Source: Blastocystis sp. Blastoise
Lineage: Eukaryota > Protista > Bigyra: Opalinata
Direction of reading: 5' to 3'
DNA length: 64,000 bases
Assembly (NCBI GenBank): GCA_039096225.1
Contig: JBBPEB010000014.1
Span: 1,736,001-1,800,000 of the forward strand
The stretch's first letter is position 1. Every line of letters begins with the position of its first letter. The translations under genes and the position numbers were made by a program. A model generated the notes under the pieces. That model was given only the letters and a program-made list of their open reading frames with translations, was not told where the DNA came from and ran no database searches. Below are positions 1-21,032 of the stretch, in pieces.

Positions 1-452
1 AAGAATAAAGAATGCTGAAGAAGATATATTAAAAGAATATAATAATATATATAGTATTATTGAAAAGAAACATATTGAAAAGAAAGATGTCGATATACAA
101 AGAGATATTTTAGATTATAATGTATATATGATTATTTATTATTTATTATTTATTATTTATTTTGTTTTTTTTTTATTTATTTATTTATTCTTATTATATA
201 GTTAGATACACTTAAAAAGTATAATGTTTTTAATAATTCATTTTTTATATGGTTTGATGGTCCAGTGGCTGTTATTAATAATTTTCATCTTGGTAAAATA
301 CCTACAAAGAATATTGATTGGTTAGAAGTAAATCAGGCTCTTGGAGAAGTTATTAGTTGCGTTTATTCATTAGGATTATTCGCTAAATTCAGATTTAATA
401 CGTAAACATATATATATTACTATTATAACGATAACTATTATATTTATTATTA

Positions 453-488
<36 letters not shown>

Positions 489-508
489 TATAACTATAAC
501 TATAACTA

Positions 509-559
<51 letters not shown>

Positions 560-977
560 GTATAACATTGAATCCACTTGGTGCTTATTCATCTGTTAAT
601 AGCAAACAGGATAATGTCAACTATGTTCTTAACTTCAGTGTGTCTAAAAATAACAAAAAACAATTTTTACAAGGCTTACAATATTTTATTATGGGTGTAA
701 AAGAATTCTTAGAATACATGAGTACAAAACATAATATTGGTACTCCGTACGAAATTACAGAAACTTCTATTGGTGGATATGAATATACATTTATATATAA
801 CAAGAAAAGACTTTCATATATTTTTAAATAATGATTTCTCATATATCTATATACCTTTATCTATAGGAATATAATATGCTTGATTTAGATGTATGGACAC
901 ATGCTATGAAATTACTTATGATTGATATTAAGAAACTATATATATATACTTGTACACAACAAATATATATTCCTTAA
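1..977 (+). CDS. ATG6: Beclin-1/ATG6 (5'-partial, spliced)
   Basis: Spliced translation FLIWFDGPVAVINNFHLGKIPTKNIDWLEVNQALGEV...PYEI...VWTHAMKLLMIDIK matches the Beclin BARA/ECD motifs (INNFRLG, W.EIN.A.G, WTKA.K.ML..LK). Stop TAA at 975-977. Confidence 0.85.
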
Positions 978-1319
978 ACTACTTTTCACTTTTTTTTATA
1001 TATGTTATTATTTTATTTATGTTATATATTTATTTATATATATACTATTATTCTCTTTCAAGTTTATTTTCCTTGACAGTTTCTTTATACATTGTAACTC
1101 ACTTTCTTTTATAACGTGTTTTTATTATTATATTCTTGACAAAATATTATCTCTATACTAAGTCTATTAATAATAATGAACCAGTTAATAATAATAAAAA
1201 CTTTGCTAAAAGAACAAAAGCAGCATAAAATGTAAAGAAATGATTCATATAGAGAATTAGAAAAAAAAATTATATAATAAAATAAGCATAAATAAAAGCT
1301 AAGAATAGAATGAATCAGA

Positions 1320-1659
1320 TTATAATTTAGCTAATTCTTGTTTAATTTCATCTGTATTATATAATTTATATCCTTCTTTTTCAGTAATAGTACATATATC
1401 AATATTATCAGCTGTAATTTCATCTCTCATTACTTGTTTTAATATTTGAACAGAAATGTCTTTTCCTTTTTCTAATGTTAAATCCTATATATATAATATG
1501 ATTATTCATAATAATTAATTTATTATTTATTATTAATATATATATAATGATATATATACATCATTATATTGTTCCTTAAGAATGGCCATAGCTCCTTCAC
1601 TACCACTTCCAATAGATATACATTTATAATAAGTTGAAGTACCAGAAGGATCACAACAA

Positions 1660-1707
<48 letters not shown>

Positions 1708-2724
1708 TTATAATAATAGTATATAAATAAGTAATATAGTTAATTATTCTAATAAACATTCATATAAAAAAATTCTTTAAAAAGTGATTCACTGGAAATA
1801 ATTAATTATAGTGAAAAAAAAGACTTATTTATATAGTAAATACTATATAATTAATAAATAGCATAATAAATAAACATAAAATAAATATAATAAATAAACA
1901 CAAAATAAACATAAAACAAACATAATAAATAAACATAAAATAAACATAAAATAAACATAAATAAACATAAATAAACATAAAATAAACATAATAAATAAAC
2001 ATAATACTAGATAAACATATATATATATAAATACAGTTGATATCCTTTATCTTTTGACCATCCTCCAAAGAGTAAAGCGACACCAAAAGGTCTAGACATC
2101 TTAGTATCATCATCATCATCATCACTAAAGGAAAGCATTATATCCGCAATTGACTGAGCTACTGCTTCTACCTATAATATTATATATATATTAATATTAT
2201 GAATAATAATAATAATAATCATAGTTTTTATTACTAAAAATAGAGACTTAAAATATATCTCTATCATTTCAATAGTCATTTTAAACAAAAATAAATACTT
2301 GCAACAAACTTTAAATAATAATAATATCATATTTACATACCTTCATACTATCATTATATACGAAATGATAATTGGTAATAAGACTTCTTGCATTATCAAT
2401 TAAAGTAGTAGCATCAGCAACAAGTCCACTCATGGCACAACCAATGTGAGTATCGATTTCTTGAATTTTTACAACACTGCTAGGTACAATAAGTTTTGAA
2501 GTAAGTCTCTTTTCAACAGCTAATACGACACCCTCCTTTGTTTTAATACCAATAGCAGTTGAACCAAGTTTAATAGACTCTATAGCATATTCAACTTGAA
2601 AGAGACGACCTTCAGGTGAATAAGTATTTACACCATGATCATATTCACTTCTATAGAAAGTTAAAAAGTAATAATAAATATAGATTCCTATAATATGTCA
2701 TAGTTCATACCTTGATACAAACAT
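1320..2724 (-). CDS. PSMA5: 20S proteasome subunit alpha 5 (5 exons)
   Basis: [40 protein letters not shown]...[13 protein letters not shown]...DPSGT. All four introns are GT-AG. Confidence 0.93.
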
Positions 2725-3147
2725 AATTCAAAATTATAAACAAAGATTATTTAATACTTTAAAAAAAGATAAGTGTGTTCTAGATAAAAAGAAGAAAGAA
2801 AGAATATCGTAAATCTCACGGGAATCCAAGTTTTCTCGGCTAATTTTATAAATATTTTTCAGGAAACTAGTTTATGTCATTTTGAACTACTATTACACAC
2901 TATGAATACTTTTAAGCATTATCAGTTTGTAAAAAAAGTTCGTGTTGATATGAATAATGCATAATTCTTTTTATATAAGAATAAATGCTATTCATTTTAG
3001 TGTAAAAAGAAGTATCTCAATAGTTTTTTACTTTATGTAATATATTATAAGATCCTGAACAAAGCCAAAACTGGAAAAAACTTACATAAAACAATAAATC
3101 AGTAAAAACTAACTGTTTATTATCTTAATTATTATTTATGAACTTCA

Positions 3148-3235
3148 GAACACTTGAAGTTCTTCTTAGGAACACTTAAAGTTCTTCTTAAGAACACTTA
3201 AAGTTCTTCTTAGGAACACTTAAAGTTCTTCTTCA
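3148..3235. repeat. 4 x 22-bp tandem repeat GAACACTTAAAGTTCTTCTTAG overlapping the sulfatase stop codon
   Basis: Units start at 3148, 3170, 3192 and 3214, with 1-2 mismatches. Confidence 0.9.
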
Positions 3236-4317
3236 TCACCCCAAGGAACCCATATATTGTTATATTTCTTAGGATCTGCTTTAGGGTCATTCCAAGGTGT
3301 ATAAGGTTGAACAAGAGAAGCTATATATATATAGATTTTTAATAAGGAATATATATATATAATATACATTTATAATCAATAAGTTTTCGAAGTAATTCTT
3401 CAACAATCTATATATATTTAAATAAATTTTATTCACATATAAATAATAATAATATATACATCAGGGAATTGTTCGTGTATATCTATTTGCTCATTTTCAT
3501 CATTATATATATCAAAAAGTAATACTTTCGACTCTTCGGGGAAACCGAGTTCTTTTAATAAGGATTTCTCTATATCTGTTGTAGCCTCTATATATATAAT
3601 AGAATTATTATAATAGAAATTGCTATTATTATTATAGTATATTATTATTATTAATTATCTATATAATATATTTATATGTTATCAGTATATTTATTATAGA
3701 TAATAATAAATTATAATATATAACTAAAGAATACCAATATTATTATTATTATTAATATATATATATATACTAGCATTCATATCAGGAGCAGGAATAGGTT
3801 GTTGATTCTTATCCTGCCAAATATCAGGACATCCCGCGGGACCAAGTAGTAACTTATGAGATTTATATATAATACCAGCTTGAGGACCATCATTATGTAT
3901 AGGATCGAAATTAAGAAGAATAGTATCTCTATCAGAAACTTGTTTCTTAATAATATTATTCCATTGAGAAACACCATCTAAAGGTAGCACGTGATCCTTA
4001 TTGGACGTTTTCACATGAGTCACGTGATTTGTTTTATCACTATAATATATAATAATTATTACAAATAGAAATAAAAATAAATTAAATGAATATTATTATT
4101 ATTATTATATTATATAGTATTATTATATTACTATATATTATTAATACATATTATATACGTATATATAGAAGCCCCTGAAGCTTCAAGAAGTGTAGGAAGC
4201 CAATCTGTAGTATGCATAAGACCAGTATATATACTATATATATAATAACATTGGATATAATAATAATGTAAATGTATTGACATAAATAATAAAAAAAAAA
4301 AAATACAATTGAGTAAA

Positions 4318-4360
<43 letters not shown>

Positions 4361-6142
4361 CTTATCTTTGTCTTGAATGACGCCTCCCGTGACCATGCCA
4401 GTAACACGTACCCCCCCTTCGTACAAAGTATGTTTCCCTCCCCTTAACGGATAATTCAAACTACCCGCATTATCGCCACATATATAGCAATCCTTTTCAT
4501 ATATAGGACCACCATTATCACTTGTAAAGATTAATAACGTATTCTCATAAAGACCTCTATATATATATATATATAGATGATTGTATTCATAAGATATTTA
4601 TATATATATATAATTCTATTAATTGTATTCAAAGATTATAAGAATAGATATAATCATATAATATAATAATTCATATAGTAATAATATTCAATAATAATAA
4701 TATATAAAATAAATAATATAAATATACTTCTTCTTAAGTGCTTCTGTAACGTTATAAATACCTTCATCAAGAGCTGTCATCATACCTATATATATATATA
4801 TAATTAATAAATATTATTCTTACTATAAATATATATACCTGCAAAAGCTCTTCGTTTTTGGTTCTTAATGGTTTCTGCATAGGGTTTTACATACTGTTCA
4901 GGTACCTAGAGAGAAAGAAAAATGTATATATATATATATATAAAGAAATACTATATATATTTAATAAATACAAAGTATAAATAATAATATATTATATAGA
5001 AAAATAGAAAAAACATAAACTATATTATTTATATAATATGTAGAATATAAGCTAATCATATATATATATATAACTATATATATACTTCATCAGGGGCATG
5101 GACAGCTTGGTAGGCTAAGTATAAATACATAGGATTTGTACTATATATATATATATAATATATCTATACATTTTTTTATATTATATTATATATATATATA
5201 TATACGAATTATGATTATTAATAACATTAATAGCTTCTGAAGTAAATAAAGTAGTTGAATAAATATCTATAAATATATATATAAATATTTATAAATATAT
5301 ATATATACAATTAATAATATCAATTATATATATATATAAAACACAAATAATGATTATATATATATATATACCTTTTGCATTAAAATCAACAATAGAACAG
5401 TTTTTACCGCATCGGGGACCATTATCGCGACGCATATCATAACTATATACAATATATATAATATATAAAATAACCTAACTAAAATAAAATTTATATACTA
5501 TATTTTTTATTATTCTCATAATAAAATAATAAAACATATTATATAAATATATATCTATATACCCATTTCCATTCATATGATCAAAGTAGGTTTGACCTCC
5601 ATTATAAAATCCATAAAATGAATCAAAACCTCTAAAAGTAGGAGTATAATCCCATTTCCAAAAACCCTGATGCCACTTACCTACAGCATGAGTCTCATAT
5701 CCTTGTTCTTTCAAGAGACTAGGTAATGTAGTTTCATTCAAAGGAAGTCCATGTGGCTCAGAAGGATTTATAACGTAATGCTGTAAACCTAAATGAGAAG
5801 GATATCGACCAGACAAGATTGACTAAAGATAAATATTGTAAAAACAGATCCGTAAGATATTATTCAAAAATAGTAAGCTTTAAAATACGGCACGTGTGGG
5901 ACTACAGACATCTTGAGCATAATAACGATTCAAAATAATACCATCTTTTGCAAATCCATCCATAGATGGAGTATGAATCTCATTATCATTTCGGAATCCA
6001 GCATCACTCCATCCCATATCATCAACAACTATACATTTTCAAATTGACATCAGAATAATATACTGATGAAAACAATATTTGGCTTAGATGCAGCACTGCA
6101 TGCAAGTACAAAAATGAAAGTCAATACAATAAAACTAATCAT
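3220..6142 (-). CDS. Arylsulfatase B-like secreted/lysosomal sulfatase (multi-exon)
   Basis: Signal peptide [19 protein letters not shown], then [15 protein letters not shown], the formylglycine motif [45 protein letters not shown] and [18 protein letters not shown]. Confidence 0.9.
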
Positions 6143-6158
6143 CTTATTTCAAATAAAA

Positions 6159-6838
6159 TAGAGACTTGCAAAATTATTCCCGCGGGAATTTTAAAAATTG
6201 CACTTCTTAAATTGCACTTTTTTTATTTGAATTGACAAAAATGTATTATTGCCACAATTAGCTATATGTATGGTTGCTATGCTCTAGTCTTGATCAGTAT
6301 ATCTGTAATAGTGTGTGATTGTTTCATTTTTAAAGGAATTAATGTTCTTGTGGCACTTTAGCAGAAAATATTAGACATTCCATTTACAAAAGTCTTTTTA
6401 ACTGGTCTTAAAGATTGATATATGAAACTAAAATGCATTCTTAGTGTTTCTAGTCATATACAATTGAGAATTATAAAAGTCACTGTTAAATTATAACGAA
6501 ATTAAGTGATTATCCTTCAAATTATTTTATGTGGATTTATCTAACATTTTATCTTTCATTATTATCTAGATTATATATAAAGCATCTTAGATATGAAAAA
6601 TAATATAAAGAAGAAAATATGACAACACATTTCCCCATTCATTTCCATAAAAATTGAAATTTAATTTTTTTTTTACCAAATTCAATTCGATACAAGACAT
6701 CATTCTAAGCTCATTTATGAAGGTTCCACTTGAAACAACCTATTTAAACCACTTAATTGTGGCAAAAGTTAAAAAATTGCACTTTTTTTTTTGTGACCCT
6801 AAAAATTGCACTTTTTACCCGGGAATGTCAAGTCTCTA
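6159..6838. mobile_element. Non-autonomous hAT-like DNA transposon (MITE), 680 bp
   Basis: Terminal inverted repeats TAGAGACTTG (6159-6168) and CAAGTCTCTA (6829-6838), extending imperfectly through ATTCCC..GGG. The 8-bp flanks AAATAAAA (6151-6158 and 6839-6846) are identical. Subterminal AAATTGCACTT occurs four times. An internal 12-bp inverted repeat lies at 6249-6260/6754-6765. No transposase ORF. Confidence 0.75.
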
Positions 6839-7585
6839 AAATAAAAGAGTAGATGGCTCTCAAAATACTATTCTATTTTTGTACTCCTATTCTTTTTCAG
6901 CCAAATCAAGACATTTTTAGAATTTTTAAAAACATTTGAATATCAACGTTTTGCAATAAATTACATATGTTTCAAATATTTTATCTCTTTCAATGCATAG
7001 TACACAGTCAAAGCACTATAATTATATTACTTGTACAAAAAAAAAGAAAATTTATAGGATTTATAAATCGATTTGGAAATTTTTAAAGATGTTTTTTATA
7101 AAGACTATTGTATAGAAAGATTATAAATACTTTCATAACAATCTAGATGTATATAAGTTCAATTTTGCGAAAATGATAAAATATTTTCTGTATTTTTCGA
7201 TTTCTAGTTATGTGTGGCATTGCCATATTTCTATGGATTTCACATTCTTATAAACTCAAAGGATTAATTACATTCAATAAAAGAATAACTAATAGAAATA
7301 CTTATTCTGTTCCTCATATAATCATTCAATATTATTGTCATAGTTTCAATGCGTTTATGAGATTTTTTGCATGTCATTGAAAAAGAAAAAAAAACAAATG
7401 AGTGAAAAACTATTTTATTCATACTCTTTACATTCTTATTAGATCATATTTAAGCAAAAACATTTATATACTACATTATATAATTCTTAGCGTACATGGA
7501 AAACAATCAAAATCATCTTTATAAAATAATCAAGATTTTCTTTGTGAATACGAGCCAAAAATGAAATTAACATAAATATGTCACT

Positions 7586-11833
<4,248 letters not shown>

Positions 11834-12187
11834 TACAATACTCTTATAGTTATAGTTAGTTACAAATTTCATATATATTTTTTTTCTTATATTCTGTATT
11901 ACTTATTCTTGTTTAATTGTTTTTGTTTTAAAACGGGGATACTTTTTGTTGTTATTATGCGCTTTATTATTTAATTGAAAATTAATTATTTTTTTGTTTT
12001 GTTCTACTAAAACGTAAAAGAATAAATCGAAAAATAAATAACTATTTTGAAAACGAAATACACTTTTGTAATACATCAGAAATATTTTCATCAAATAAAA
12101 ACGAAATTCGCATATAAACAGTATCTGTTAAAAATATTACTTATATATATATATACTTCTTATATCCCAGATACTGTTTGAGTAGAA

Positions 12188-12196
12188 TGATTGGTT
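12188..12196 (-). promoter_or_regulatory. CCAAT box (AACCAATCA)
   Basis: About 90 bp upstream of the ATG at 12288. The same motif recurs at 50572-50580 and 53578-53586 in other promoters. Confidence 0.4.
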
Positions 12197-12287
12197 GAAT
12201 AATATTCCCCTCCAAATGAAATGTCAATAAAAATATTGCTGAAATTCTATTTTTCTGAGCTTTTACTATTCTATATTATATACATAT

Positions 12288-15580
<3,293 letters not shown>

Positions 15581-17008
15581 AAGTATATACATATATATTA
15601 TATTATTGTTAAAAACATAAACAATAGTTGTGTAGTTAAATATTTAATAGAAGACATCAGAACACAAACAAGACTTAAAACATCGTAAATTCCAAGACAA
15701 TAACTGAGATAAAAAAGAAGACTTAAATAAAGAAGCACCTTCTAAATAAAAACGTACATAAGCATATATATATATAAAACCACAGACAAAACAACCCCAC
15801 TTTATATATATATATATCATATAAAGAAATATGAAAAAACAAAAACAATACAAACAACAACCAAAGAAAAAGAAACAAATCTAATTTTTAAAAAGAACAG
15901 TCAAATATATATAAAATAATAAATATATTTTTTTTAAATAATAACAAATAGAAACAATATATAAAATATTAAAAAAGAATTGACATGTAGGAAAACATGA
16001 TCTAATAATTAAAAAGAATGATGTATTCGTAATTATATATATATATATAGAAAAGAACAAATTCTTAAGAAATAATATTAAATAAAATATTTAAAATTAT
16101 ATATATATAGGAACTATTAAAAAATGACTAAAATAGACATATGATTTAGCATTAAAAAAGAAGCTAGACCATATATATATATAGTATAATTGTTAAATAC
16201 AAAAAAAACTAAAGAATCTGAAAGGAAGCTATATATTATATATATTAAAAAGAAAAATTATTATTAATGTAAAATATATAGATAATATTTACTGCAGGAT
16301 AATAAAGAAAAGGAACTGAGATGTTTTATGACGTCAAATAAAATAGTAAAAAATATATATTAAAATATATATTTAAAAAATAAATTAAAAAATATAAATT
16401 TAAAAAATATATGTAATATAAAAAATTTTATAAATATATATTTAAATATAAAATAAAAAATGTTAAATATAGAAAATAGAATACAAGAAATGTAAAAGAA
16501 GGAAAGAAACAATTTAAAAAAAATAAATAAAATAAATCTATTTAAAAACCATATAAACAAAGTATATATGTTAAATAAAAGAAAAAAAAGTAATATATAT
16601 AATAAATGAAATGATATAATTGAATGAATGCGAATGAAGATTGATAATGTATATAAGTAAAAGAAAGATACAAAGCAATGACAAGCGGCAATAGTAAAAG
16701 ACGCGATAGTCAAAAACAAGCAGAATATTATAAAAATAGATATATATATATATATAAGATATGTATATATAATAAAAAAAGGATAAAAAGAGAAGTAGAG
16801 TTATTTGAAGTGAATAAGATAGAATTGCAGCATAAAACATTAATATTTGTCTTTATATGGAGTAACAAGATCATCTAAAGAAATAGCAATAGTAATATAT
16901 ATATAGTTAATATATAGAAACAATAAAGAAAGATAAAAATAAAAATTTCGTATTTATTGACTTTAAAATATAACTATTCTAATAAGTCACGATATATATA
17001 TATACTGT

Positions 17009-17839
17009 TTAATTCGTTTCTTGCTGTTCATGTTCCTTATACGTTTTGTTCGCCTCACGTATCTTTTCCGTTAAATAATCGGTATCTGAAAGAGTACGAG
17101 TCAATTCTCCAGTAGACAAACCTGTAAGTAACATACCCATCAATTTATTCAGAGTGAGGCTACCTGCGTCATTCATCTGATTGAAAATGGATTGCACGTG
17201 ACCGTATAAACGCTCGCCGAAATAATTGGTTACCTCTTCTGGGGACATAGATTCAATTTCATTTGATATCTATATATATATATATATATATATAAAGATG
17301 AAAGAAAATGATTTTAAAAATCTAAAAATTAATATATATGTATATATATACAGTTGGAGTTTGTATTTCTTCAGCAGCCGTTTCATTGTGTTCCACGGGT
17401 GAGGAGATCATCTTATAGTCACGTGGCTCCTGAGGATTAGTGTTGTTTCCGTTATCTTGTTGGAGTGCGTCATGATTCTGATAATAACGGCCTCTATTGT
17501 GATAACGATTATTATTATTATAGTAATTATTATTATTACTACGATTATTATTACTATTATTATGGTAGTTATTATTATTATTGCGATAATTATTACTGTA
17601 TCTGTTTCTATTATTGTTACCATAACGATTATATTGCATATTATTATTATTATTATTGTCTACATTATTATTATTGTCTACATTATTATTATTGTCTACA
17701 TTATTATTATTAGTAGTAGCACTATTGTTATTATAGTCATTATTCTGATCATTTCGAGTGTATCGTCTGTTATTATTCTGATAATTACGATTATAATTGC
17801 GGTTATTGTTACGATAATTATTGTAGTTTCTATTATTTC

Positions 17840-17914
<75 letters not shown>

Positions 17915-18646
17915 TATTATTATTATTACCATTATTATTATTATTATTATAAGGTACGTTCACATACATCATGCCCATAGAGTTATTGTTCATATTTTGT
18001 ATATAGGCCTCTTCGTTTCTTCCTTCTACAGATACTACATTATTACTATTATTACTATTACTATTATTATTATTATTAGTAATTATATCGGATGTTCCAT
18101 TTGTATTGTTAGTTATAATTCCCGCGGGACTGGAGGGAGAAGTAGTAGTAGTAGTAGCTGTATTGTTTGGTATATTATTATTCATATATATTGGTGATTG
18201 TACATTAACAAGAGGGTTTTGAATAGAAGGTGTGACAGCTCCAGGTATATAAGAAGGATTAGTATATAATAGAGGAGCAGAAGGAGAAGTAGAGACAGCA
18301 TTGGTAGAAAGAGGTGTTGATGTAGTATATTGATAGGGAGTGAAGGAAACAGGATAAGAATAAGGATATTGAGGAAGAGAAGAATAGAAAGACTGGTAAG
18401 AAGCGTTGTAACTAGATATATATAGATATATAGAGATATATATAGATATATATAGATATAATAATAATAAATAAATAAATCTACTATCTATATATACCGT
18501 GGTGCGGGATACATACCTCCAAAAACGGAGGGCATGCCGTTGGCGGTAGTGGGAGTGGCGGGAACCGTGAAGAGGGTATTTGCATAATATTGAGGTCTAG
18601 ACTCCTATTTATAGAGATATTATTATATATATATATATTGATAGAC

Positions 18647-18683
<37 letters not shown>

Positions 18684-18689
18684 ATAGAC

Positions 18690-18742
<53 letters not shown>

Positions 18743-20616
18743 GAACAACATATAATTGTTTTTTACTATATATAAATATTTATATCTAAATATAGATACC
18801 TTTTTGGTCCAGAAAGATACGTACATCGGACGATCACGAATCATCATTCCATTGGTCGCTTCCATCGCAGCACGTGCGACATCACTATCTTCATAACAGA
18901 CAAATGCAATTCCATTTTTATTTCCTTGTTTATCTAGAGGGATATGAAGAGATAGAATTGTACCAAAAGGTTTAAATATTTGTTCTAATTCTTCTTCTGT
19001 TACTTCATCATCGAGATGTTTTATATATCTATATATATATATAGATATACAGGGAAGATATAGAGATATAAAAAAAGATATATTGAGATATAAAAACGAT
19101 ATATTGAGATATAAAAAAGATATATTGAGATAAAAATAAAGATAAGATCAAAATGAGATCAAAATAAGATATAATAATATATATTGTGATATAAATAAGA
19201 TAATATAATATATATTGTGATATAAATAAGATAATATATAAATAATACTTTAAAATAATCAATAAGAATATATTGAAATCCAAAAAATGAATAAAACAAT
19301 TCAAAATCACAAAAAAAAAATAATCAATAAAACAGTATTTCTAATTCACTTATACATTCACAATATATAACATTTATATAAAATTAAAAACATTATTAAT
19401 ACTATCAATATAAAAAAGAAACTAACAAGAAAAATGATATATATATATATATATAAATTCTTTCCTTTCCAATTAATTTCTTTCTTTTCGTCTTCTTTAC
19501 GTTTTTCACTTTCTTGTTGTTGGGCACGTTCACGAGCATTAAGGAATTGACAAACATGTAATGTAGAAACGCAATCATGTCCTTCACTATCTTTACCTGC
19601 AGGTACCTAAATGTATGCAAGTTTAAAATATAAAATAATTAATTAATTTAATACAAAAAAAAACAATTATGAAAAAATATATATCTAAATTTAAAATTCA
19701 AGATACTTGTTTATTATCAAATAACTCAATAGCTTTTACAGCTTCTTCGTGAGTTTCAAAATTTATAAAACCAACACATGTTAAAACACCATCTTCATTT
19801 TGTAAAGCGTTATTATTACGGCAAGCACTACTAGATATTTTGCCAGCTTCTGAGAAAAAGAACTATGTAGAAATTAATATTATTTATTGATTCTAAAAGT
19901 TTAAAAAAAAACATTATTACTAAAGTATAATTAAATAAAATAAATACGCATAAATCATCACTTGTCCAAGAAGCAGGAATGTTTTGAATATATAAATTAG
20001 TCCATGAATTAGCTTTGTCAACTTGTTTAGGTGAATAGTGTTCAATTTGAATAATAGAGCAATCAATTTCTGTGTTATTCAGTTTATCAAGGGCATTTTC
20101 AGCAGATTCTTCACTTTCAAATTGAACAAAACCATAACCAAGAGAATTATTATCAGAATCTGTAGCTACTTTGCAACTAATAATAGAACCATATGTAGAG
20201 AAGAGTTCTTGTAAACGTTTTCCATCAACCGAAGAAGGTATATTCTTAATATATAAATTTCCTATGCCATTTTGTAATAACGACTTATCTTCTACACTCC
20301 ACATAAGTCTATATTGTTTACCATTAATTTCACAGAAATTTTTGGTATTTAGAATCATTTCTGCATCTTCAACAGTAAAAAAGTTGAGGAATCCGTAACT
20401 AAAAACAATTATATATAAATAAATCAATTAAAGATAGCATATAGATGTTTTGGATAAAATAATATACCAGAATGACTGAGAAGTAGAAGCATTTCTGCAA
20501 ATTCGGACAGATATAAGAGAAACAAATTGTTGAAAAAAAGCAAGCAATTCTTGTTCTGTAGTATTTTCAGCTAAGTTGCCAATGTAAAGAGTTGGCGTGC
20601 GTTTTGTGTTATTCAT
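17009..20616 (-). CDS. PABPC: Cytoplasmic poly(A)-binding protein (4 RRM, N-rich linker, MLLE/PABC)
   Basis: TLYIGNL, GYGFLNF, RLMWS, GNLYIKNI, SLGYGFVQF, WTNLYIQNI, GIAFVCY. C-terminal YFGERLY...KLMGMLL resembles MLLE (LGE.LY..KITGMLL). Confidence 0.9.
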
Positions 20617-21032
20617 ATTGTCTAGATGGGAATAAATTAGAATGGAATGTTTTGCAAAACGTTGAGAAATATATAAAATATAATAATAAAAAGAGAAGAA
20701 GAGTAGACAAAGAACTAATCATAATAACTTACAATATTGATCTTATATAAACAGAAAATCAATTAAAAACATAATATACGTATTCTATTTGTAATTAATG
20801 ATTCTCCTATATAGAGAAGAGTTTAAAAATTACTTTTAAAAAACGTGAAAAATTGCAAGTGTTGATTTAATTTCTCAGAAAAAAAAGTAAATTTTTTTAA
20901 AGTTACACCTTATATAAGGCTTTGGATACAATTAAATGTTACACTTGGAACCAAACACATAATGATGCAACATGTTTCATGGTTAATTACCGAAAATGGC
21001 GTCATTCTGTTAAGATTTTCATGAGGGAAATA

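Noticed and set aside
3148-3235. CRISPR-like array
   Set aside because: Repeats are directly adjacent with no spacers, and the context is eukaryotic with no cas genes.
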